A stretch of DNA of 64,000 bases from an uncultured delta proteobacterium (GCA_963743525.1 CAVUQH010000003.1:736001-800000), one strand, 5' to 3'; shown: positions 20,042-30,854, numbered from the stretch's first letter. The notes: generated by a model from the letters alone, not told the origin. A program made the numbers and translations.

Positions 20042-20982
20042 CAACACGGCGCGCACGTACGCCGACTCGCTGGACCAGCACATCCTGCCGGCCCTGGGCG
20101 ACTACTACTACGACATGCTCACGAGTGAGATCGTTCAGGAGTGGATCGATGACTCGCTGCTGTCGCAGTGGCGGACGCCGAAGGGCGCGGTGAAGCGGTA
20201 CTCACCGGTATCGGTTCACTGCTGGTTTCGGGTGTTCCGGGCGATGACGCGCGACGCGATGGAGCCGCTCCGGTTGGAGCGGGATCCGACGTTGCGGGTT
20301 TCGTTCCCGGCGTTCGACGACGGCGCGGTGTCGAAGGCAATCACAGCAGAGACGCTCGCCCGGTTTCTGGAGGCGATGCGCGAGGGGCATCCGCAGCACT
20401 ATGCGTTGACCGTCGCGCTGGCCTACACGGGGATGCGGTTCTGTCATGTCAGTGCACTGAGATGGGATGACTGGGACGAAGCTCGCCAGATGCTGTCGGT
20501 AACTCGCCGGCAGGTTGGCGGGGACGTCGGCCCGGTTTCGCGCAAGAAGCGGGCGCCGAAGGAGTATCCGGTCCAGCCGGAGCTGGCCGAGGTGCTTCGC
20601 TGGCAGCGGCAGCGCATGCTGTCTGCGCAGGCGCCGGGGCTGGCCGAGGGCTGGATGTTTCCGACCTCGACCGGCACGCTGCGCACGCCCAGCTCGGTGC
20701 AGAAGGCGTGGAAGGACTGCATCGCGAAGGCGGGCATCGAGAAGCGCTTCACCGTGCACGGGCTGCGGTACACGTTCAACGACCTGGTTCGCCGGGCGAA
20801 CGTGGATCCGATCGTGCGGCGGGCGCTTGCTCGGCCACGTGACCGAGGAGATGCAGCGGCACTACTCGAACGTGGGCCTGGACGAGAAGCGCGCGGCGGT
20901 GGCCGGTGTGATTGCGATGGTCCCTGCGGGGTCCCCCACCGGGTGGGGGAGTTCGAGGGGGACCTCGGCCGAAAATGAGTAG
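19773..20982 (+). CDS. tyrosine recombinase/integrase; one frameshift near 20828
   Basis: [42 protein letters not shown] catalytic motifs. Confidence 0.92.
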
Positions 20983-21014
20983 CGACCGGTGAGCCTCGCA
21001 GTCACAACCGGTCG
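20981..21014. terminator. hairpin between convergent integrase and tRNA
   Basis: GCGACCGGT ... ACCGGTCGC perfect 9-bp arms. Confidence 0.6.
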
Positions 21015-21032
21015 CCTTCTCGACTACTTAGC

Positions 21033-21110
<78 letters not shown>

Positions 21111-21119
21111 AGTCCACGT

Positions 21120-21147
21120 AAGTTACTGCCTTCACTGGGGAAGTCAA
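21120..21147 (-). promoter_or_regulatory. sigma70-like promoter of tRNA-Gly
   Basis: TTGACT-N16-TAACTT on the minus strand, ending 11 nt upstream of the tRNA. Confidence 0.5.
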
Positions 21148-21238
21148 GGGCCAAACGTCGGCGCCTTTTCGGCCGTTTCGGCGGCGGGGCCTGGGCCATT
21201 CTCACCTTTCGCGGGCAATGGCGCATTCTTCGGAGAGC

Positions 21239-22174
21239 ATGACGCGGCGAACAGGGTGGTGCGTGGTCGCGCCTTTGTTGGTGGTCGTCGTCGCTGGCTG
21301 CAATTCGCCGGGGGCGGCCGAGCGCAATGGGGGGACGCGCGGGGAGGTGCGGGAGACGCACGCGCAGGCGGCGCCGGTGGCGGGGGTTCAGGAGCTCGAG
21401 GCGAGCGTCTTTTTTCGCGAGCTGAAGGTCGAGCGGCCGTCGTGTTCGATGCGGGTCTGGTTGTATGCGCCGCGTCGCGAGGTCAGCAAACCGATCGGAT
21501 GTGTGGTCGTGCCGCCGGCGGGTAGCAATCTGGTTTCTGGCATGAGGCTGAGCCGTGGGGATCGGCGCGAGCATTTGCCGTATGTGAAGGCGGGTTATGT
21601 CGTGGTCTCTTTCGATATCGACGGGCCGATGTCGGACGGGGTCTCGGAAGCGGAAGCGATCCGCAGCATGAAGATCTTTCGCGCGTCGGAGGCTGGGGTC
21701 GAAAACGGCGAGGCGGCGCTCGACGTTGCGCTGAAGGCGTTCCCGACGATCGACGGGCGGCGGATCTACGCGGCGGGTCACAGCTCTGCGGCCACGCTGG
21801 CGCTTCTTCTCGCGGCCAGGGACGAGCGGATCAAGGCGGTGGCGGCGTTCGCGCCGGTGACGGATCTCGTGTCGTTGTTCCCGCTGCGCGCCAGGCTCGA
21901 GCTCGACCGGGCGCTGCCGGGCTACGGCGAATTCCTGGCGGCGAGCTCGCCGATCACCTACGCCTCGACGCTGGCGGCCAAGCCGGTCTTTCTGTTTCAT
22001 GCTCGGGACGACGAGACGGTGAAGCCGGAGCAATCGGAGAGGCTCTTTGCGGCGATGTCGCCCCGGCATCGGGCATCCAGGAGGGTCGTGGTGGAATCCG
22101 GCGGGCACAGCGAAGCGATGATCCACGACGGTATCCCCGGGGCCATTGCCTGGTTCGCGCAGCTGGACGAGTGA
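21239..22174 (+). CDS. alpha/beta hydrolase (S9 peptidase-like), probable lipoprotein
   Basis: VVVAGC lipobox-like; IYAAGHSSAA nucleophile elbow; FHARDDETV; GGH. Confidence 0.85.
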   Translation: MTRRTGWCVVAPLLVVVVAGCNSPGAAERNGGTRGEVRETHAQAAPVAGVQELEASVFFRELKVERPSCSMRVWLYAPRREVSKPIGCVVVPPAGSNLVSGMRLSRGDRREHLPYVKAGYVVVSFDIDGPMSDGVSEAEAIRSMKIFRASEAGVENGEAALDVALKAFPTIDGRRIYAAGHSSAATLALLLAARDERIKAVAAFAPVTDLVSLFPLRARLELDRALPGYGEFLAASSPITYASTLAAKPVFLFHARDDETVKPEQSERLFAAMSPRHRASRRVVVESGGHSEAMIHDGIPGAIAWFAQLDE

Positions 22175-22274
22175 TGGTGTGCGGGGGGCGTGGCAGCACG
22201 GGGTGAGCGGCAAGGTGAGGCAGAGACGGTTTTTTCGGTGGTGGCGCGGGCGGCGGGTTTGGTGTGCTGGAGCG

Positions 22275-22811
22275 GTGCGATCGTTCGTGGTGATTGCTGT
22301 GCTGGCGCTGGCCGGTTGTGTCCGGACGGGCGTTGGCACCGGCCTGGGGTATGTCTCCAACACGTGGGTCCCGGGGCGGACGTGGACGGCGGAGGTGCAC
22401 GTGGAGGAGGTGCCGAAGGAACCGGAGGACCGGTTGGTTCTCGGCGGTTTTCTGGCGGGCACGCTCGACGAGGGTGAGAACGCCATGGGCGCGCTGGGCG
22501 ACGGCGAGGTTCCGCTGTGGGTCGAGCTGGCAGCGGAAGGGCGCTACGTGTGGGGCCGGGGGCCGCTGCGACCGTACGCGGTCGGTGCGTTGGGCGTGGG
22601 CAAGTGGTATCGGGGCGGCGTCGGTTGGGTGGGGTTGGCGGCGGCTGTGCACGCCGGCGCGGGGATCGACTGGCAGCTCGGTCGGGTGGGGATGCGGCTC
22701 GAGGGGCGGATGGACGTCACGGAGCTCAGCGGCTGGATCAACCCGCTGCGCTTCGTCGGCGGCAGCGTGCATCTTCTCGTGACGATTGGTCCCGCGCGCA
22801 CGTCGCGCTAG
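22275..22811 (+). CDS. hypothetical beta-rich envelope protein
   Basis: LALAGC lipobox-like, alternating beta strands; start uncertain. Confidence 0.5.
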   Translation: MRSFVVIAVLALAGCVRTGVGTGLGYVSNTWVPGRTWTAEVHVEEVPKEPEDRLVLGGFLAGTLDEGENAMGALGDGEVPLWVELAAEGRYVWGRGPLRPYAVGALGVGKWYRGGVGWVGLAAAVHAGAGIDWQLGRVGMRLEGRMDVTELSGWINPLRFVGGSVHLLVTIGPARTSR

Positions 22812-22835
22812 CCACCTGCGCGCGTCAACGGCGGG

Positions 22836-24329
22836 TCAGGCGGCGCGGCGGCGGCGCGGCAGGGCGAAGGCGAGCGCCACGGCGACGAGCAGCCATCCCG
22901 CATCGGCGCCGCTGTTGCAGCAGCCACCGTTATCGGCGGGGGCAAAGGTGACGAAGATGTGGCTGGTGACGGTGACGGGCAGGAAGTTCTCCTGGACCTC
23001 GGCGTGGTAGCGGTCGCCGTCGGCGGACGTCGTCAAGTTCCAGGTCTGGGTGGCGTCGTCGCTGTCGATGGCCACGGTGTCGGTGGCTTCGCCGTTGCGG
23101 TAGAGGACCAGGGACAGGCCACTTCCGCCGGTGACGTGGGCGGTGAGGGTGACGTCGTGGCCGGCGAGAGTGTCGCCGATGATTGCGTGCTGGTCGGCGG
23201 CGTCGGCGGTGAGCTCGAGCATCGGGTCGTCGGGGCCGCGCATCATGACGATGGTGTGGCCGGCGCGGATGCCGTCGAGGATGGCGCTTTCGCTCAGCTC
23301 GTCGGCGTAGACGAGGGTGGTCGGCTGGCCGATGCGGGAGGCGCGCGGTCCGGTGTCGGCGCCGGCGCGGTGGTCGTCGCTGCCGCCCATGGCCGCCAGG
23401 TGGTGGCCGGCGGCGACCTGGGTTTCCCACAGGTCGATGGCCCGCGGCGTGAACAGTCCGATGGTAGCCTCGTAGTTGCCGGTCTGGATCTCGATGCCGG
23501 AGACGTCGTCCCACGGCGTGTCGTCGTCGTGGGCCCAGGCGCAGCCGAGGCACAGGTTGGCCAGGTCGAGGGCCGGGTGGTTGACGGAGATGATGCCGCC
23601 CTGGGCGCGGACGTCGGCGACGATGCCGGCGATGTCGCGGCCCTGGTAGCCGACCCGGTGGTCGACGTAGTCGGAGATGCCCAGGCCGTTGGCGTGGCCG
23701 CCGTAGGTGGTGATCTCGGCGGCGCGGATGAACAACAGGTCGCTCATGCTCGGCTGCAGGGCGGCGATCAGTCCCTGCTGAGAGACGGTGTTGTGGTCCG
23801 ACAGCGCGACGAAGTCGAGGCGCTGAGTGCGGGCCAGCGCGTAGATCTCTTCGAACGTTGCGCTGGCGTCGCCGCTCTGAAACGAGTGGACGTGGAAGTC
23901 GCCGCGGTACCAGCGGGCACCGGTGGCCAGCACCGGGGCGGCGAAGTCGGCGCGGGTCTGCGCGGGCTCGGTTTCGGCGTCGCGCAGGGTCACGGTCAGG
24001 GTGTAGTCGGCGGGGTTGTCGACGAGCTTGGCTTTGCCGATCATGACCGTCCAGGTGCCGGCCGGGATCGGTCCGGGGAGGTAGCCGCGCGAGGCGGCGT
24101 TTTCGCCGACGATGGCATCGTCAACCAGGCCGCCGCCCCAGCCGCGAAAGCCGTCGGGAGCCCAAAGTCCCCAGTCGAGAATGTTGGCGGTCAACGCGCT
24201 CTGGTGGCTGACCTGGATCTCGGTGACGCCGGCGGGCACGTCGAAGGTGACGGCGACGTAGTCGCCCGGCTGGTCGGGGATGGTGCCGTCCAGCGACAGG
24301 GTGGCGACGACGGCGGCGACCAGCAGCAT
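22836..24329 (-). CDS. CehA/McbA-like PHP metallohydrolase with MYXO-CTERM-like tail
   Basis: GDFHVHS, LSDHN, NHP, GGSDDH; C-term GGCC...WLLVAVALAFALPRRRR. Confidence 0.85.
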   Translation of the reverse strand: MLLVAAVVATLSLDGTIPDQPGDYVAVTFDVPAGVTEIQVSHQSALTANILDWGLWAPDGFRGWGGGLVDDAIVGENAASRGYLPGPIPAGTWTVMIGKAKLVDNPADYTLTVTLRDAETEPAQTRADFAAPVLATGARWYRGDFHVHSFQSGDASATFEEIYALARTQRLDFVALSDHNTVSQQGLIAALQPSMSDLLFIRAAEITTYGGHANGLGISDYVDHRVGYQGRDIAGIVADVRAQGGIISVNHPALDLANLCLGCAWAHDDDTPWDDVSGIEIQTGNYEATIGLFTPRAIDLWETQVAAGHHLAAMGGSDDHRAGADTGPRASRIGQPTTLVYADELSESAILDGIRAGHTIVMMRGPDDPMLELTADAADQHAIIGDTLAGHDVTLTAHVTGGSGLSLVLYRNGEATDTVAIDSDDATQTWNLTTSADGDRYHAEVQENFLPVTVTSHIFVTFAPADNGGCCNSGADAGWLLVAVALAFALPRRRRAA

Positions 24330-24386
24330 GCAACCAGTATCGGCGGCGCGGGCGCGGGGCGCAAAGCTCTGCTACCGTCACATGTG

Positions 24387-25041
24387 ATGCAACAGTCGGG
24401 GTGGGTCGCGATCCTCATGATTTGCGCGTGTGGTCCGCTGACGCCGGAGCCGGCGCCCGGACCGGGGACCAGCCCGGGTGCGCCCGAGACCGAGATGGCG
24501 ACCACGGCGCCGGACCAGTCCGGCGAACCCTCGGCACCCGACGAAACGCGATCGCCCGCCCCGGCGCCGACAGCGACGCCGGCGCCGTCGGTCGAACTCG
24601 TCGGTGCCGCCCAGGATGCGCGCGCTGCTCGATGCGCACAACCGGTTGCGCGCCAGGCACTGCGCGGCGCCGCTGGCGTGGTCGCCCAAGCTGGCACATG
24701 TCGCGCAGTCGTGGGCCGACCACCTGCGCGACGCCGGTTGCGCGTTCGACCACAGCCGCACGCAGTACGGCGAGAACCTGGCCGCGGGATCGACCGGAGC
24801 GCTCGACGCTCAGGGCGTCGCCGACATGTGGTACGAGGAGATCAAGGACTTCAACTTCGGCGGCGGCGGCTTCGGCATGAACACGGGGCACTTCACCCAG
24901 CTGGTGTGGCGCGACACGACGCAGCTCGGTTGCGGCACGTCAACCTGCAAGGGAATGGAGATCTGGGTCTGTAACTACGACCCGCCGGGCAACGTCGAAG
25001 GCATGTACCGCGACAACGTGAAGCCGGTCGGCTGCAAGTAG
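24387..25041 (+). CDS. CAP (SCP/PR-1) domain lipoprotein; frameshift near 24615
   Basis: LDAHNRLRARH, YGENLA, TGHFTQLVW, VCNYDPPGN. Confidence 0.88.
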
Positions 25042-25044
25042 TCG

Positions 25045-25698
25045 GTGTTCGTCGGTCACTACAGCGCCAGCTTTGCGGCCAAGGCGGCCGATCCGCGGTT
25101 GCGTCTGGGGCCGCTGTTCCTCGCCGCGCAGCTGGTCGACATCCTGTGGGCGAGCTTCATCCTCACCGGCGTCGAGCACGTGCGATTGGTGCCGGGCTAC
25201 ACGGCGACCAACCAGCTCGATCTCTACGACATGCCGTACACGCACAGCCTGGCCGGCGCCGCGGTCTGGGCTCTGCTGGCGGTGATCGTCTGGGGCGCGG
25301 CGCGCAACTGGCGCGGTTGGCGCGGATCGGCGCTGCTGGTCGGCGCGGTGGTGCTTTCGCACTGGTTCCTCGACCTGCCGGTGCACACCGCTGACCTGCC
25401 GCTCTACGACAGCCAGCACAAGATGGGCTTCGGGCTGTGGAACTACCCCTACGTCACCCTGGCGCTCGAGGGCGCGCTGCTGCTGGGCGGGGTCGCGCTC
25501 TACTACCGCGCGACCCACGCGGTGCGGCGGGGGCGGCGCTGGGCGATGCTCCTGTTCGCGCTGGTCATGATCGGCGTGCAGGTGGGAATGTTGTTCGCGC
25601 CCCAGCCGGAGACGCCGGCGCAGTTCGCGCTGATGGCGCTGGCGGCCTACGCGGTGCTCGCCGTCATCGCCGAGCGGCTCGATCGCAAGCGCGCCTGA
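25045..25698 (+). CDS. membrane protein, metal-dependent hydrolase-like
   Basis: MFVGH, YTHSL, SHWFLD motifs with several TM helices. Confidence 0.75.
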   Translation: MFVGHYSASFAAKAADPRLRLGPLFLAAQLVDILWASFILTGVEHVRLVPGYTATNQLDLYDMPYTHSLAGAAVWALLAVIVWGAARNWRGWRGSALLVGAVVLSHWFLDLPVHTADLPLYDSQHKMGFGLWNYPYVTLALEGALLLGGVALYYRATHAVRRGRRWAMLLFALVMIGVQVGMLFAPQPETPAQFALMALAAYAVLAVIAERLDRKRA

Positions 25699-25732
25699 TG
25701 ACTGACCGAGGGCCGGGAGCTAGTCTCCCGGC

Positions 25733-26185
25733 GTGCTTGCCGTACCGACGCCGACTCAGCATCACCGGGCCCTGGCGACTCTCGAGGGCAGCTGGCGCGG
25801 TCCCGAACACGGACCCGACGGGCGCGAGGCGTTGGGTGCCTACGACATCGAGGTCGCCCTCGGTGGCTTCGCGCTGGTGCTCGACTACACGCAGTCGGTC
25901 GGCGGCAGCCCGCAGTACCGCATGCACGGCGTCATCGGCTGGGACACCGCCGACGAGCAGTATTTCTTCCACTGGTACGACTCGCTCGGCGGCGTCGGCA
26001 CCGACAGCTACGGCAAGCTCGACGGCGGGCAGCTGACCCTGGAAGGTCCGGACCCGGCCCAGGGCGGGCGCACGCGCTTCAGCTTCGACATCGCGCCCGA
26101 TTCGTTCGCGCTGACCATCGCCTTCTCCAAAGATCAGGAGAGCTGGACCACGGCGATGCAGGCCACCTACCACCGGGTGCAGTAG
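25733..26185 (+). CDS. DUF1579-like beta-barrel protein
   Basis: PTPTQHHRALATLEGSWRG...GVIGWD...WYDSLG. Confidence 0.7.
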   Translation: MLAVPTPTQHHRALATLEGSWRGPEHGPDGREALGAYDIEVALGGFALVLDYTQSVGGSPQYRMHGVIGWDTADEQYFFHWYDSLGGVGTDSYGKLDGGQLTLEGPDPAQGGRTRFSFDIAPDSFALTIAFSKDQESWTTAMQATYHRVQ

Positions 26186-26187
26186 CG

Positions 26188-27255
26188 CTAGAAGCTCAAG
26201 ATGGCGTAGACGTCGGCGCGGTAGGCGCGACCGCGCGCGTAGTCCCGATAGTTGGTGGTCCACTGCATCAGCTCGGCGCCGATGACCACGTGGTCCCACG
26301 GCCGCAGCTGGTCGACCACGTAGGCGGTGTACTGCAGCGTTCGGCTGTAGTCTGTCGCCAGGTCGCGGTCGCGCGGGTTGTCCGCGCTGGCGCCGACGAT
26401 GATGGTGTCGAGCTCGTGGGCGTCGAACGCCAGCTCGGCCCAGCCGCCGTGGTCGTGCAGGTCGCCTGGGCCGACGGCGTTGCGGCTGCCACCGCGCAGA
26501 TCGGACAGGTTGACGCCGTAGTAGGCCTCGCCGCGAAGGTGCAGCCGGTCGAGCGGATCGACCCGCAGATAGGCGCCGCCGGCGTAGGCGTCGTGATCGA
26601 ACAGCGGCCCGGCGTGTCCCCAGATGCCGGCGGTCACGTGCTCGCGTTCGAGCTCGATGCGCGCCTGGGTCACCGGACGCAGGTAGTCGACGGTCGGGTC
26701 GGCGAGCGAATCGCCCGGCTGGCCGGCTGCGACGGCGACGTGGATGGTGCCGCGGTTGGTCTGTTTGGTGTAGGTCGCGCGCAGCTGCGTGCGCCAGCCG
26801 CCCAGATTGCCGGCGTCCCACATGAAGGTCGCGGCGTTGGCGGTGGGGCGAAGCGGCGAGGCCAGGTCCCAGGTTCGGCCGGCCAGGATCTCGATCGGTC
26901 CCTTGCCGATGGTCAGGTAGAGGTGGCGAAAGCGCGGGAACGGATGGTCGCTGCCGAGCAAATCCAGCTCGATGACGCCGCCAAGGTCGACCGGGCCGCC
27001 CCACGGCTGCGGGTCAACGCGGGCGCCCAGGCGCGTGAGCATCGGATGGGCGACCAGCTGGTTGTGAGTCTTGTCGGGGCCCGGCTCGGCGGCGACGAAC
27101 GACGGCCGTCGCAGGTCGTCCATGATCGAATCGAGGTAGATGACGTCGAGCCGGAGGTCGCCGTACCAGGTGACGGTCGGGGGCACGTCGTCGGCGTGGG
27201 CGCGCGAGGGCAGCGCGGCGACCGCCAGCAACGCCAGGAGCAGAGAGCGTTTCAC
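26188..27255 (-). CDS. putative outer-membrane porin
   Basis: Signal peptide, YGDLRLD, terminal aromatic residue (ILSF). Confidence 0.65.
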   Translation of the reverse strand: MKRSLLLALLAVAALPSRAHADDVPPTVTWYGDLRLDVIYLDSIMDDLRRPSFVAAEPGPDKTHNQLVAHPMLTRLGARVDPQPWGGPVDLGGVIELDLLGSDHPFPRFRHLYLTIGKGPIEILAGRTWDLASPLRPTANAATFMWDAGNLGGWRTQLRATYTKQTNRGTIHVAVAAGQPGDSLADPTVDYLRPVTQARIELEREHVTAGIWGHAGPLFDHDAYAGGAYLRVDPLDRLHLRGEAYYGVNLSDLRGGSRNAVGPGDLHDHGGWAELAFDAHELDTIIVGASADNPRDRDLATDYSRTLQYTAYVVDQLRPWDHVVIGAELMQWTTNYRDYARGRAYRADVYAILSF

Positions 27256-27286
27256 GCCTCCGAGTGTGCGACGTCGACCGCGGTGA

Positions 27287-27865
27287 CTACAAGAGCGCGG
27301 GTACCCACTCGAGGCCGAGGGTGACCACCGGGCTCACCGAGGTGGAATTGACCAGCAGGTCGCCGCGCCCGAGGATCAGCCACGCGTCGTGCACGCGCAC
27401 GCCCAGCTCGGCGCGGGCGTTGCCGGCCAGCGCCGAGGTGAAGCTGTCGTGCTGGCCGCCCCAGTAGCTGCCCAATCCCAGCCCGCCGGTGGCGAACAGT
27501 CGGCCGGAGTCGACGCCGACGGTGGTGACCACCCCGGAGTAGCCGCTGGTGCCGGCGTCGCCGAAACCGAGGATGGTGAACAGCTCGCCGCCGCCGCGGA
27601 TGCTGCCCTCGTTGCCGACCAGCCCCAGTCCGACGGTCGCCAGTCGCGGATCGGATGCGCGATCCATCGGCACGCCGGCGCCGGCGGCGAAGCAGGTGGC
27701 GCAGCTCGGCGTGTGGTTGGCGCGCGGCGCCAGCTGATCGTCACCGCCGTGACTGGTGCCGGCGACGACGACGATGCGCGGCTGCGCGCGAGCGGCGGGG
27801 GGGGATGCCAGCAGCGCGGCCAGACCCAACCCGACGACGACCATCCCTCTCCCGATTGTCCCCAT
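27287..27865 (-). CDS. exported hypothetical beta-barrel-like protein
   Basis: Signal peptide, Gly-rich amphipathic strands. Confidence 0.55.
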   Translation of the reverse strand: MGTIGRGMVVVGLGLAALLASPPAARAQPRIVVVAGTSHGGDDQLAPRANHTPSCATCFAAGAGVPMDRASDPRLATVGLGLVGNEGSIRGGGELFTILGFGDAGTSGYSGVVTTVGVDSGRLFATGGLGLGSYWGGQHDSFTSALAGNARAELGVRVHDAWLILGRGDLLVNSTSVSPVVTLGLEWVPALL

Positions 27866-28119
27866 GTCTCTTCGTGACGCGATCGCGGGGACCGCGCAAG
27901 CGACTTTCGCCGCCGGCGCGCGACGAAAAAATCCGCGCTAGCAGGCGAGCCAGAGGAAAAAGATCGTGATGGCCAGCGGCTCCCACAGGGTGTCGAATCG
28001 GCTGCTCATGGCGGCCGACTACAGCAACCGCCGCGCCAACGGCAACCCCGCGGAATCGCGACGCAGGGGTGCGCGCGATCGGGTTCGCCGAGACCCGGCG
28101 CAACGGCGTGGACGGGTCT

Positions 28120-29826
28120 CTAGAACCCCAGCTGCGCGCTGAGTTGCACCGCGGGAGTTCCGGTCAGGTCGGCGAGCTGCACGGTCACGTCGAGGTCGTC
28201 GTCACCGATCTGCCAGCGTTTGCCCGCCGCCAGGTAGCTCGGCGCGCCGGCGCCGAAACGCAGGCCGGCGGCGTACAGCAGATCGTGAGCGAAGCAGAGG
28301 TCGAGGAGGCCGCTGATGTCGACGGTCAGGCTCTGGCGGGTTCCGAGGATCGGATCGCGCTGGCCGACGCGGTACTCGGCGCTGCCGTTCAGCCACGCAG
28401 CGCGCGTGTGCAGGAACAGCATCGCTCCGTCGGCGCTGCCGCGGCGCACGTACGCGACGCCGGCGGCGAGATCCTCGCCGAGCTCGTGCTCGACGCCGAC
28501 CACGGTGTCGTCGAGCGACAGCCCGCGCGCCGGGTCGCGATGCCGGCCCCAGCTGCCCCACAGCCGCGCACGACCCTCGTTGGTCCAGTCGTACAGCAGG
28601 CCGAGGCGGGGCGACAGCGCGCCGCGATCGCGACTGCCGGCGGCGTCGGTGACCTGCTCGGACTCCCAGCGCAGCCCGGCGCTGGCCAGCACGTTGGGCC
28701 GCAGGTTCCACGCGTCGTCGATCCACGCCGCGCGCTCGTCGCGGGCGAAGCCGCGCTTGACGTCGGGGTGGCGAGTCACCTCGCGCGCGCCGCTGGCGCC
28801 GAGCTCGGCGCGGTGGTTGCCCCAGGCCTTGAACCGATCGCGCGCCGCCAGCGTCAGCTCGGTGCGATCGGTGCCGGCGGTGATACCCGGCAGTGAGGTC
28901 GCGGTCGCGAAGCGGCCGACGGCGGTCTCGAGCTCGAGCCGGTTGTCGTCGAAGCGCGACAGCCAGCCGCCGGCCACGCCGCGGGTGGTGCGGGTGGCAT
29001 CACCTCCGGTAGCCGTCGCCCGGTCGGCCAGCGCCAGTGCCCAGCCCTGTTGCTCGGGGCTGGCGGCGACGTTGATCGCGGTCATCGCCGACGTGCCCCG
29101 CTCGGCGCGGTCGGCGCGAGGGGCGATGGTCAGCGCGTACCACGCGTGGTCGCGGCTCAGCGGACCGGCCAGGCCGGCGGCGCCGTCGGCGGCATTGGTC
29201 CCGGCGCGACCGCGCACGAAGCCGTGGGTCTCGTTGGAGCCGGACCGCGGCGACAGGTCCATCACCGTACCCGCGCCGCCGCCGATGGTCGCGTCGTAGC
29301 CGTACTCGTGCAGGTCGATCTGATCGAACAGCGCGGCCGACAGGGGCGCGGCGCCGGCGGGCAGGCGCAGGCCGTGAATCCGGCGGACGGCGCCGGTGCG
29401 GGTGAGCCCGGCGGGCGGCATCGGGACCGCCGGCAGCGTCTCGGTCCGGGTGATGGTGATGGTGTCGGGGACGACCGGCGGCGACCAGGGAAAGATGCAG
29501 ACGCAGCAGTCAGGGGTCGGCATCACCAGGTTGGCGTAGACCCGACCCTCGACGTGCACGACGATGCCCCGCCGTCGCACCGTGCTGTCCGCGTAGTAGA
29601 AATCGACCTGGTAGACCCCGGCCGGAAGATGGGCGATGGCGTAGCGGCCCTCCTCATCGGTGATCGCGGTCTCGATCGGCTGCAAGACCGGCGACGACAC
29701 CACCACGGTGACGCCGGGCAGCGGCTGGTAGGTGTCCTTGTCGACCACGACGCCGGCCAGCTCGCCGGCCCGGGCCAGCCCCGGCGCGCACACCACCAGC
29801 GCCACGACGATCCACCAACCGCGCAT
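28120..29826 (-). CDS. short TonB-dependent receptor-like protein with carboxypeptidase-regulatory-like N-domain
   Basis: GVVVDKDTYQPLPGVTV, RSGSNETHG, LSPRLGLLYDWT, C-terminal F. Confidence 0.75.
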   Translation of the reverse strand: MRGWWIVVALVVCAPGLARAGELAGVVVDKDTYQPLPGVTVVVSSPVLQPIETAITDEEGRYAIAHLPAGVYQVDFYYADSTVRRRGIVVHVEGRVYANLVMPTPDCCVCIFPWSPPVVPDTITITRTETLPAVPMPPAGLTRTGAVRRIHGLRLPAGAAPLSAALFDQIDLHEYGYDATIGGGAGTVMDLSPRSGSNETHGFVRGRAGTNAADGAAGLAGPLSRDHAWYALTIAPRADRAERGTSAMTAINVAASPEQQGWALALADRATATGGDATRTTRGVAGGWLSRFDDNRLELETAVGRFATATSLPGITAGTDRTELTLAARDRFKAWGNHRAELGASGAREVTRHPDVKRGFARDERAAWIDDAWNLRPNVLASAGLRWESEQVTDAAGSRDRGALSPRLGLLYDWTNEGRARLWGSWGRHRDPARGLSLDDTVVGVEHELGEDLAAGVAYVRRGSADGAMLFLHTRAAWLNGSAEYRVGQRDPILGTRQSLTVDISGLLDLCFAHDLLYAAGLRFGAGAPSYLAAGKRWQIGDDDLDVTVQLADLTGTPAVQLSAQLGF

Positions 29827-29891
29827 ACGGCGAGTAAGCGCGACAGGGCGGCGAAAGGTTCACGGCCAATGTCGCCGGGCTATCATGCGGT

Positions 29892-30854
29892 GTGACCCTC
29901 GGCGCCTTCATCGACCTGCCCGCGGCCGTGCGCCGCCTGGTGCCCGAGGTCGACGAGGACGGCTGGCGCGAGGAGAGCCTGGCGGACTGCGCGAATTGCC
30001 CGATGGTGCCGGCCCGCAGTGGCGCCGACCCCGACGCGGCCTGGGCGTTCGACGAGGCGTTTCGCTGCTGCACCTATCACCCGTCGATGGCCAGCTTCCT
30101 GGTCGGCCGCGCTCTTGCGCGCGGGGGCGACGGCGCCGCGCGTCTGCGCGCGCGCCTGGCCGATGCCGACGGCGTCAGCGCCTGGGGCATCTATCCGCGC
30201 GCCGGCGCCCGCGCCCGCTATCTGGCGGTGCGCGACCACGCCTTTGGCCGCGACGCGGCGCTGCGCTGCCCGTACCTCGGCGACGGCGGCTGCAGCGTGT
30301 GGCCGGATCGCCCGGGCGTCTGCCGCACCTGGTACTGCAAGCACGACGCCGGCGAGCGCGGCGCGCACACCTGGAGCCGGCTCGAGGCGGCGCTGTGGCA
30401 GGCGGAGAACCGGCTGGCGTTCCTGTTGATCGAGCTGGGTGAGGCGCCCACCGACGGCGCGGGCGCCGATGCGTTCGTCAACTGGTACCGCTGGTGCGCC
30501 GAGCGGATCGACGCGCTGACCGACGACGAGCTGGCGCGCGTGCGCGTGCCGGCGCTGGTCGAGGCGCGCGGGGAGCTGGTGCAGCTTCGCCGGCGCCCGG
30601 CCGCGCCGATGCCCGAGCTGCTGGTGCCGGCGGTCACCGACGCCACGCCGCAGGGCGATCGGGTGCGCGTCTGCGGCTACTCGCTGTTCGACGAGGTGCT
30701 GGCGCCGCGCGCGGTGTTCGCGCTGCTCGCCCGGCTCGACGGGACGACGCCGTGGCGCGATGCGCTGGCCGCCTGCCGCGCCGAGGGCCACGCGGTCGAC
30801 GACGCGCTGGTCGCCGCGCTGTATCGCGTGGGCGCCCTGGCGCCGGCGCCCTAG
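29892..30854 (+). CDS. YkgJ-like cysteine-cluster (CxxC...CC) protein
   Basis: CANCPM, RCCTY, CPYL...CSVWPDRPGVCRTWYC. Confidence 0.75.
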   Translation: MTLGAFIDLPAAVRRLVPEVDEDGWREESLADCANCPMVPARSGADPDAAWAFDEAFRCCTYHPSMASFLVGRALARGGDGAARLRARLADADGVSAWGIYPRAGARARYLAVRDHAFGRDAALRCPYLGDGGCSVWPDRPGVCRTWYCKHDAGERGAHTWSRLEAALWQAENRLAFLLIELGEAPTDGAGADAFVNWYRWCAERIDALTDDELARVRVPALVEARGELVQLRRRPAAPMPELLVPAVTDATPQGDRVRVCGYSLFDEVLAPRAVFALLARLDGTTPWRDALAACRAEGHAVDDALVAALYRVGALAPAP

